This document shows, piece after piece, positions 56,848 to 64,000 of a stretch of DNA of 64,000 bases; positions within the stretch are counted from its first letter, which is position 1, and each line of letters starts with the position of its first letter. Below the pieces are notes generated by a model. The model saw only the letters and a list, made by a program, of their open reading frames with translations, made no database searches and was not told the DNA's origin. A program made the translations under genes and the position numbers. Source of the stretch: Rhodothermales bacterium (GTDB lineage Bacteria; Bacteroidota; Rhodothermia; Rhodothermales; VXPQ01). The DNA lies in assembly GCA_040904565.1 (NCBI GenBank), contig JBBDTI010000067.1, forward strand, positions 26,342 to 90,341, written 5' to 3'.

Positions 56848-58212
56848 TTATCGGACTGTCCACTGCGGGTCCGGGACGTGTGCCGCTTCCATGATATGCA
56901 ATACGTCCCGTACGACGGCGGGACGGTCGTCGGCAAGGTTCTTCGTTTCACCGATATCGACGGCGAGGTCGTACAGCTCGATGGGACCGTCGAAGGCCGG
57001 GCGCCGAACCGCCTTCCAGTCTTTCATGCGCACGGCCTGGGCCGAACCGCGTTCGTAGAATTCCCAGTATAGATAATCGTGCTCGGCCTGTGCATCCTCA
57101 CGTCCCGTCAGGAGGGGAGCCATGCTTACGCCGTCGTGGGAGAAGCTGACCTCCGTGCCGGCGAGGTCGGCGCTCGTCACGAGCAGGTCGGCGAAGTATC
57201 CGACGTGATCGGTCACGGCGCCGGACGGGACCGTACCGGGTCCCCAGGCGATCGTCGGCACGCGAATCCCCCCCTCGTAGAGATCGCGCTTGACCCCACG
57301 GAGGGGCCCGTTTCCGTCGAAGAAAGTCGGGTCATAGCCGCCGGCCTCGTGTGGACCGTTGTCGCTCGTGAACAGCACGATCGTGTTCTCGGCGATGCCG
57401 TGGCGTTCCAGGCGGTCGAGGATGCGTCCGACATCGTGGTCCAGGTGAGACACCATGCCGGCGTAGGCCGCGAGCGGAGTGGGTTGCGCGCCGTAGTGGC
57501 CGCCCGGGAACGGCGTCTCCGGAAAGATCGATTCGCCCGCTTCGTTCCGGTAGGGTGCGATCGAGCTGTCGGGGACGGCCAGCTCGGCGTGGGGGATCGT
57601 GAAAGGGGCATAGAGAAAGAAGGGACGATCTTGATGCTCGTCGATAAACTGCAGGGCCGCCTCGGCGATAATGTCCTGCGAATAGCGGGTCGAATCGACG
57701 GGGAGACGCTGCATGGTGCCGTCCTCGATCGTCCAGAGGTGATCGACGTAGTAATAATGCGCGTGCACCTGATCGAGGTAGCCGACGAAGGCGTTGAAAC
57801 CCTGCCGGGAAGGAGCCCCCGTCGTTCCTTCGACGCCCAGGCCCCACTTGCCGAACATGCCCGTGGCGTACCCGGCGTCGCGGAGAATCTCGGCGATGGT
57901 CACGTCCTCCGGACGCAAAGGCACACCGGCGCCGTTATTTGCATTGCCGCGGACGAGCGTATGCCCCGTGTGAAGGCCGGTCATGAGGACGGAGCGAGAC
58001 GGGGCGCAGACCGTGCTGCCCGAATAGAACTGGGTGAACCGAAATCCCTCAGCGGCCATGCGGTCGAGATTTGGCGTTCGGATGTGCTCCTGACCGTAGA
58101 CGCCAAGGTCTCCGTATCCGAGGTCGTCGGCGACGACGAGCACGATGTTGGGCGGCCGGTTCTCCTCCGTCGTCGTGCAGGCGGCCGGCAGCAGGGCCGC
58201 AGAGAGGAGCAT
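56848..58212 (-). CDS. Arylsulfatase (S1) lipoprotein
   Basis: ADDLGYGD, CAPSR, GKWGLG, TSDNGPH, YWEF. Confidence 0.92.
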   Translation of the reverse strand: MLLSAALLPAACTTTEENRPPNIVLVVADDLGYGDLGVYGQEHIRTPNLDRMAAEGFRFTQFYSGSTVCAPSRSVLMTGLHTGHTLVRGNANNGAGVPLRPEDVTIAEILRDAGYATGMFGKWGLGVEGTTGAPSRQGFNAFVGYLDQVHAHYYYVDHLWTIEDGTMQRLPVDSTRYSQDIIAEAALQFIDEHQDRPFFLYAPFTIPHAELAVPDSSIAPYRNEAGESIFPETPFPGGHYGAQPTPLAAYAGMVSHLDHDVGRILDRLERHGIAENTIVLFTSDNGPHEAGGYDPTFFDGNGPLRGVKRDLYEGGIRVPTIAWGPGTVPSGAVTDHVGYFADLLVTSADLAGTEVSFSHDGVSMAPLLTGREDAQAEHDYLYWEFYERGSAQAVRMKDWKAVRRPAFDGPIELYDLAVDIGETKNLADDRPAVVRDVLHIMEAAHVPDPQWTVR

Positions 58213-58302
58213 AAGGAGCCGAGTGATGGGCGCCCCCCGAAGGCGCGCGGGCAGGGGATTGTCATCGCCATGGACTCATGGATGGAGAGATCCGAAGCAC
58301 GG

Positions 58303-59955
58303 CTACTTGACGCGGTCCGCCCAGGCGTCGTAGCGTGCCGCCATCTCCGCCACCTTTTTGGGATGCGCGTCGGACAGATCGTTCGTCTCGGTGCGGTCGG
58401 CTACCATGTCGTAGAGCTGCCAGTCCGTGCCGTCGCCCCGAGCGTCGACGAGCTTCCAGCGATCCGTGCGCACGGCTTTGCCGTCATCCCATTCAAAGAA
58501 GAGCGCTTCGTGGCCGTCGCGCGTACGCCCTTCGAGCACCGGGAGGAGACTCTTGCCTTCGAGGGGATGAATGCGTTCGTCCCGGTACGTCGCGGGATAC
58601 TCGGCCTCCCCTACGTCTATCGCCGTCGCCATGACGTCGATAATGTGCGAAACGTCATGCGTAATTCCTCCCGGAGCGATCCGGCTCGGCCAGTAGGCGA
58701 TCAGCGGCGTCGCGATTCCGCCCTCGTGGCTCCAGTTCTTGTAATAGTTAAACGGCGTATTGCTCAGGTTGGCCCAGGGCGCATCGACGCTGTGCCAGGC
58801 ACTCATGGGGCCCGGCGGATCGACGGGTGGATGCTCGCGGTTTTGCTGATTGTGCACCATCTCGCCCGAACCGCCGTTGTCGGACAGAAAGAGCACCAGG
58901 GTATTGTCCTCGTCGCCCATATCCTGGATCGCCTCCATGAGTCGTCCGATCTGCTGGTCGACGCGGTCTATCATCGCGGCGTATACCGCCATCTTGAGAT
59001 CCCAGTCCTCCTTTCGCTCGACCTCGTCCCACGGCAGGATCCGTCCGTCGTCGCTCCAGTACCGGCTCGTGAATCTGGACGTCCGCCGCTGGTGCTCCCG
59101 GATCCGTCCGCGATCGGAGAGCTTCCACTCGGCATCGATCAGTCCCATCTCGATCTGTCGTTCATAGCGGCGGAGCCGGAGCTCGTCCCATCCAGCCATG
59201 TATGAACCACGGTACTTCTCGATGTCTTCGGGCCAGGCCTGGAGGGGATCGTGCGGCGCCGTGTAGGAGAGATAAAGGAAATAGGGACGCTCCTCGTCGG
59301 CATACGTCTCCAGGAAGTCGATGGCGTAGTCGGTGTAGACATCCGTCGAATAAAAATCCGGATCGCTGGGCGTGTAGGGCACGTGGACCTCCCCGTCGAT
59401 GGCCCACTTGCGCAGGTGGCCGGGCGTCTTTCGGGCCGGGGGAGGCTCGCCGGGTCGCTGGAGACCCGGGTTGAAATGATTTACGGCTCCGTCGACGAGT
59501 CCGAAGTACCGATCGAAGCCGCGGTCGAAAGGATTCTCCACGCCGTGCCATTTACCCGTCATGAGGGTCCGGTACCCCGCCTCTCTCAGCACCTCGGCGA
59601 TGGTCACGCCGTTGCGAATGGTCCCCGGACGCTCGTCCATCGCCACCTGGTGGGCGTACAGACCGGTCATCAGCGAGGCCCGGGTCGGGAAGCACTTGCT
59701 CGTGTTATAGAACTGCGTGAAGCGCAGGCCCTCTTCGGCAAGTCGATCCAGATTCGGTGTGTCGATCTCCCCGCCGTAGGAGCCGATGTCGGAGAATCCC
59801 ATGTCGTCCACCATGATGAGGACGATGTTGGGGCGTTCGTCGGCCGGTTGGGCCGAGGCGCCCGTGACGACGGTGGATAGGCACGCGACGAGCAGTCCGG
59901 CGAGGAGTAGGGAGAGGCGGTGCGGCGGCATAGACGCGGTCGAGAGGTGTACCAT
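58303..59955 (-). CDS. Arylsulfatase (S1, AtsA-like)
   Basis: DDMGFSDIG.YGGEI.TP, CFPTRASL, GKWH, APH.PLQA, SDNG, SNTPF..YK..HEGG. Confidence 0.93.
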   Translation of the reverse strand: MVHLSTASMPPHRLSLLLAGLLVACLSTVVTGASAQPADERPNIVLIMVDDMGFSDIGSYGGEIDTPNLDRLAEEGLRFTQFYNTSKCFPTRASLMTGLYAHQVAMDERPGTIRNGVTIAEVLREAGYRTLMTGKWHGVENPFDRGFDRYFGLVDGAVNHFNPGLQRPGEPPPARKTPGHLRKWAIDGEVHVPYTPSDPDFYSTDVYTDYAIDFLETYADEERPYFLYLSYTAPHDPLQAWPEDIEKYRGSYMAGWDELRLRRYERQIEMGLIDAEWKLSDRGRIREHQRRTSRFTSRYWSDDGRILPWDEVERKEDWDLKMAVYAAMIDRVDQQIGRLMEAIQDMGDEDNTLVLFLSDNGGSGEMVHNQQNREHPPVDPPGPMSAWHSVDAPWANLSNTPFNYYKNWSHEGGIATPLIAYWPSRIAPGGITHDVSHIIDVMATAIDVGEAEYPATYRDERIHPLEGKSLLPVLEGRTRDGHEALFFEWDDGKAVRTDRWKLVDARGDGTDWQLYDMVADRTETNDLSDAHPKKVAEMAARYDAWADRVK

Positions 59956-60024
59956 CCGGCAGTGAAGAGAAAGTGTTATTGATTGCAGGCGGAGAAACGG
60001 TAGCGTATGTGCGAATTGGCGCCC

Positions 60025-61428
60025 TTAGTACGGATTCCGGAAGCGCTCCATCTCGGGCTCGTCGCGCACCTCGTCGATCGCCGCTTCGAGGCGGCGGACC
60101 ACGTCCGGGTAGCGGGTCGACACGTCGTGGTATTCACCCACGTCGCGACGCAGATCGTAGAGCTCGATCCAGTGCCGGTCGGGCGTCCACGTCCGGAGCA
60201 GCTTCCAGTCTCCCTGGCGGACGGCCTGCGTGTAATCGGGGCCCCATCCATCCACATATTCCCAGTAAAGCGTCCGATGGGTCGGTACGGGTCCGGAGCC
60301 GGTGATAAGATTGGCCATCGACAGGCCGTCGGTTTCCGGCGGGACCACACCGGTCAGCTCGGAAACGGTAGGGAAGAGGTCCCACATGGCCCAGGGATGA
60401 TCACTGACCTCCCCAGTCGGTACGCGTCCCGGCCCCCAGGCGATCATGGGAACGCGCATCCCGCCTTCATGGAGATCGCGTTTTATGCCTCGCAGCGGAC
60501 CGTTGCTCTCGAAGAATCCGGGATCGGCTCCCCCTTCGTCGTGCGGACCGTTGTCGCTGGTGAACAGGACGATCGTATCGTCGGCGATGCCGAGGGTCTC
60601 GAGTCGTTCGAGAATGCGGCCCACGTCCCGGTCCAGTCGCGTGACCATGGCCGCGAAGGCGGCATGGGGGGTCGGCTGTCCCCGGTAGGTTCCGATAACG
60701 CCGCAGCAGGGAAAGGGAGGATCGGGCATCAGCCGACTGGATCCGTCGTCGTTTCGGAAGGGTTCGATGTCCGCCTCCGGGACGAGCAGCTCGGCGTGGA
60801 CGAGTGCGAAGGGGAGGTAAAGGAAAAAGGGCTCGTTCTGATGGACGTCGATGAAGTCCAGCGCACGGTCCACGAACAGCTCTTGTGTGTACTGCGTCGT
60901 GTCGATTTCGACACGCTCCGTCCGTCCGCCCCGCGTTTCGAAGAGATGGTCCGTGTAGTAAGAATGCGCGTGAACGTGCCCGAGATATCCGAGGAAGTCG
61001 TCGAATCCCTGGCGGTGGGGCAGGCCCGAATCGGCACCCCCGGCGAGTCCCCATTTCCCGAACATGCCCGTGGCGTAGCCCGCCTGCTGGAGTACCCGGG
61101 GAAGCGTCACCTCGTCCTCGCGCAGTGAGACAGCTGCGTTGCCGCGGACGTAGGCGTGGCCCATGTGGGTGCCGGTGAGAAGTGACCACCGGGAAGGTGC
61201 GCAGACGGTACTGCCGGCGTAAAAGCTGGTGAACCGGACGCCCTCCTCCGCCATGGCGTCAAGATGCGGCGTCCGGAACCGATTCTGTCCGTAGACGCCG
61301 AGGTCACCATACCCCAGATCGTCGGCGAGGATCAGGACGACGTTGGGTGGACGGGACTGACCGTGAGCCGGCTGGACGTGGCCGCCGGCGACGAATAGGG
61401 CCGTGATGAGGCTGAGGATCACTTTCAT
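60025..61428 (-). CDS. Arylsulfatase (S1)
   Basis: Signal peptide; ADDLGYGD, CAPSR, GKWGL, TSDNGPH, LYWE. Confidence 0.93.
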   Translation of the reverse strand: MKVILSLITALFVAGGHVQPAHGQSRPPNVVLILADDLGYGDLGVYGQNRFRTPHLDAMAEEGVRFTSFYAGSTVCAPSRWSLLTGTHMGHAYVRGNAAVSLREDEVTLPRVLQQAGYATGMFGKWGLAGGADSGLPHRQGFDDFLGYLGHVHAHSYYTDHLFETRGGRTERVEIDTTQYTQELFVDRALDFIDVHQNEPFFLYLPFALVHAELLVPEADIEPFRNDDGSSRLMPDPPFPCCGVIGTYRGQPTPHAAFAAMVTRLDRDVGRILERLETLGIADDTIVLFTSDNGPHDEGGADPGFFESNGPLRGIKRDLHEGGMRVPMIAWGPGRVPTGEVSDHPWAMWDLFPTVSELTGVVPPETDGLSMANLITGSGPVPTHRTLYWEYVDGWGPDYTQAVRQGDWKLLRTWTPDRHWIELYDLRRDVGEYHDVSTRYPDVVRRLEAAIDEVRDEPEMERFRNPY

Positions 61429-61466
61429 GGTCAGTCGTGACGTTATCGAGACGGTCTACCGTTGTC

Positions 61467-62759
61467 CTACACCGGGCGCGCCTTGCCGGGCACCGGCACG
61501 GGACGCTCGGGTGCGGGTCCGAACTGATAGCTCTCGGGGAACAGGTCAAGGTCGGAGCTGCTGATCTCCTCCCAGGTAATCCGCCGTCCCGTGTAGGCGG
61601 CCTCGCGACCCATAATGCCGGTCAAGGTGCTGTCGATGGCGTAATCGAGCATGTCATTCCGCGTCTCCCCGTTCCGGATGGCAGAGATCAGCTCCATGTG
61701 CTCGTTGACGAGCGCAATGTGCCGGAGGTCGTCCACGTCCGGGTAGCGCCAGCGGTTTTCACCGCGAATGAGGTCGAGCGTATCCGTTTCACCAAGGGTT
61801 CCGATCACCCGGTTTCGGTTGATATTTTCGCTCGATTCCCACTGCCGGTTCATGAGGTGGACGTGCACGTCGTCCGGATATTCGAAGTCGACCGTCATGT
61901 TGTCCCAGATGTTGCCCCATTTCGGGTCGCTGCGCTGGATGCGTCCCCCCTGGCCGACGGCGCTCAACGGGACGGCATCGAGCGTCCAGTTGATGCGGTC
62001 GATCTGGTGAATGACCATCTCGACGATCTGATCGCCGCTGAGCCAGCAGTGGTAGTACCAGTTGCGCATCTGGTATTCCATCGGACTCCAATCGGGCTCG
62101 TCGCCTCGGTGCCAGAGCCATCCTCCCATCCGATGCACCGTACCGCTTAGAATCTCACCGATGGCCCCGTCGTGGACGCGCTTCATGGTTTCTCTCGTGG
62201 CCAGGTCATAGCGGCCCTGGAGTCCGACGACGGCATTGAGGCCTTGGCGGCGCGCCTTCTGCGCGCTGGCGCGGATGCGCCGGCATCCCGCCGGGTCGGT
62301 CGCAACCGGCTTCTCAGCGAATACGTGCAGGCCCCGGTTGACGGCCTCTTCGAAGTGGAGCGGCCTGAATCCCGGCGGTGTCGTGAGAATGACGTAGTCG
62401 AGGTCCATCGCCATGACCTCCTTGAAGGCATCGGGACCGATAAAAATGGTGTCATCGGTGACCTTGATGCGGTCCTGGTACGACGGATCCTGCAGGTCGC
62501 CGGCCTCTTTCAGGGCCTGGAGGCTCTGGTCGACGCGGTCGCGGCCGATCTCCGCCATGGCCACGATCTCGACCTCCGGATCCGCCATCAGGGCATTGGC
62601 ACACGCCCCGGTACCCCGGCCGCCGGTGCCGACGACGCCCACGCGGATGGGCGCTCTCCGGGCGGCGGACGTGTGGACGAAGGGAATGCCGGAAAGGGCC
62701 GTGGCGGCAGCCGCCCCGGTCGCGATGAAGTCTCGGCGGGATAGTTCGCGTTCACTCAT
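61467..62759 (-). CDS. Tat-exported Gfo/Idh/MocA family oxidoreductase
   Basis: SRRDF; VGTGGRGTGA, TPPGFR, EKP, QMRNW...WLSGD.IVE..IHQID. Confidence 0.92.
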   Translation of the reverse strand: MSERELSRRDFIATGAAAATALSGIPFVHTSAARRAPIRVGVVGTGGRGTGACANALMADPEVEIVAMAEIGRDRVDQSLQALKEAGDLQDPSYQDRIKVTDDTIFIGPDAFKEVMAMDLDYVILTTPPGFRPLHFEEAVNRGLHVFAEKPVATDPAGCRRIRASAQKARRQGLNAVVGLQGRYDLATRETMKRVHDGAIGEILSGTVHRMGGWLWHRGDEPDWSPMEYQMRNWYYHCWLSGDQIVEMVIHQIDRINWTLDAVPLSAVGQGGRIQRSDPKWGNIWDNMTVDFEYPDDVHVHLMNRQWESSENINRNRVIGTLGETDTLDLIRGENRWRYPDVDDLRHIALVNEHMELISAIRNGETRNDMLDYAIDSTLTGIMGREAAYTGRRITWEEISSSDLDLFPESYQFGPAPERPVPVPGKARPV

Positions 62760-62780
62760 GGTTTCCTCCACGGTGTCATG

Positions 62781-63974
62781 CTAGGGATTGAGTTCCTTGA
62801 TAAACAGGTTGGCAAATGCCAGCGGTGCGCCGTAGTCGGCCAATCCAATAGGACCGCGATCGGGCGTATCGGCCGGAAGCTCACCTCGAGCAATCTCGCG
62901 CTCACCCAGTTCGATGACCGCGTGGTTTCCGGTGATGCGTATCCTAAGCCGCTGCCACCCGCGCCCGTCGGCCGTCGACTCGTCAATCGCAGCGAGCGCA
63001 GGCCCGGCCGCGGTCGAGGCGGTCGAGCACGCCGTGATGATGCGGGTCGCCGGCCGGCCCCTGACGAAGATGGCGCTTTGGCTCGGGCTGTCGGCCGAAT
63101 CACACTCGAGGCGGATGTCGGCGATGAGTTCGAAGTCGCCGTACGATTTGTCGGTCCACAGGTGTTCACCTCCCGGCGGACTGCCAGCATGCCGGAGCAC
63201 CCAGTCGTCCACCTCCCAGGGGCCGTCTTCGGACACTTCCCACCCGGACAGATCCACGCCCGTGTAGAGGGTCGTAAAACCCTCGTAGCTGTCGGCGACC
63301 TCACCCGGCTCCGGATCTGTCGAGGGAAGCTCACTGATGCGGATATTGCGGAAGTGCGCCTCGGAGCCTTCGGATTCCAGGCAGATGAAGCCCTTGCGTG
63401 GACTGATTTCCGATCCGCCGGAGACGATCTTTCCATTGACGGCCAGCGTGACCGTGCCGTCGCGGCTTTCGACGTGGTAGTGATTCCACTCGCCCGTGGG
63501 ATTAGCGCGTTCCTCGATCGGGAGCGAACGCATCCATCCCTGCGGATGCGGGCGGTCGGGCACCATCGTGGCTCCGTGAATGGCGAAAACGTCCCCGTGA
63601 TTGCCGTCCATTACCTGGGCTTCGATGGCCCGCGTGAACGGCTGTCCGACCGCCGTAAGGGGGGCACTGTGGATGAACAGTCCGGCGTTGCCGCCCTCCA
63701 CCATATGTCGCCATTCCAGCCCGAGGATAAAGTTTTCGTACTGCTGCGTCGTGCACAATTCACCGATCGGCTTGCCGGTCGTCACGATCATTCCGTCGCG
63801 CACGGTCCACGTGCTCGGCGCGGTATTGACGTTCCGCCATCCCGTGAGGTCACGACCGCTGAAGAGCGGCGTGAAGTCAGCCTGCGCCGCGCAGTCTGCC
63901 ACCAGGAAGAGGAAAAGAAGGGAGCTGCAGATGCGGCTGAGTTTAAGGCGGCTGAACTTGAGGCGGCTAGGCAT
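62781..63974 (-). CDS. Tandem DUF1080 (3-keto-disaccharide hydrolase family) protein
   Basis: Two copies of LF.G.DL.GW...W.V.D, Y.NF.L, GEWN, G.I.L.....FRNI.I.EL. Confidence 0.88.
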   Translation of the reverse strand: MPSRLKFSRLKLSRICSSLLFLFLVADCAAQADFTPLFSGRDLTGWRNVNTAPSTWTVRDGMIVTTGKPIGELCTTQQYENFILGLEWRHMVEGGNAGLFIHSAPLTAVGQPFTRAIEAQVMDGNHGDVFAIHGATMVPDRPHPQGWMRSLPIEERANPTGEWNHYHVESRDGTVTLAVNGKIVSGGSEISPRKGFICLESEGSEAHFRNIRISELPSTDPEPGEVADSYEGFTTLYTGVDLSGWEVSEDGPWEVDDWVLRHAGSPPGGEHLWTDKSYGDFELIADIRLECDSADSPSQSAIFVRGRPATRIITACSTASTAAGPALAAIDESTADGRGWQRLRIRITGNHAVIELGEREIARGELPADTPDRGPIGLADYGAPLAFANLFIKELNP

Positions 63975-64000
63975 ATATCGGTAGCGTCTGAGGCGGGTCA

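Noticed and set aside
63930-63970. 15-bp repeat encoding SRLKFSRLKLSR in the DUF1080 signal peptide
   Set aside because: A small in-frame duplication in a tolerant n-region with no sign of function.

Overview
High-GC chromosomal window of about 50 genes. It is probably from a Rhodothermales-like member of the Bacteroidota/Rhodothermota group, inferred from a T9SS C-terminal sorting domain, a Salinibacter-style APC-EIIA-RCK fusion and many signal-peptide hydrolases. Housekeeping genes (trxB 3' end, proline dehydrogenase, pdxH, xylA, hrpB, plsC-like, corA, mscL) are interspersed with two sulfated-glycan or sugar-acid catabolic clusters. The first, at about 13.4-28.2 kb, has an enolase-family enzyme, SDR, DHDPS-family aldolase, Nramp-like transporter, Gfo/Idh/MocA, two sulfatases, a GH20-like protein and a GH2. 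The second, at about 55.3-64 kb, has four sulfatases, a Gfo/Idh/MocA and a tandem DUF1080 protein. The best candidate for an undescribed system is a tightly coupled four-gene operon at 43823-48515. It encodes a CcdA-like membrane protein, a glutaminase-less asparagine-synthetase-like ATP pyrophosphatase, a radical SAM enzyme matching the archaeal archaeosine-pathway RaSEA family and a PrnC-like flavin-dependent halogenase. Also seen: two single-lesion broken genes, an outer-membrane gene remnant, a degenerate GH20, a pseudo-receiver protein, a stand-alone Cgs/NdvB fragment, and several short intergenic tandem repeats and alternative-hairpin leaders. No rRNA, tRNA, CRISPR array, integrase or transposase was recognised. 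All family calls come from reading motifs by eye; no database search was run.
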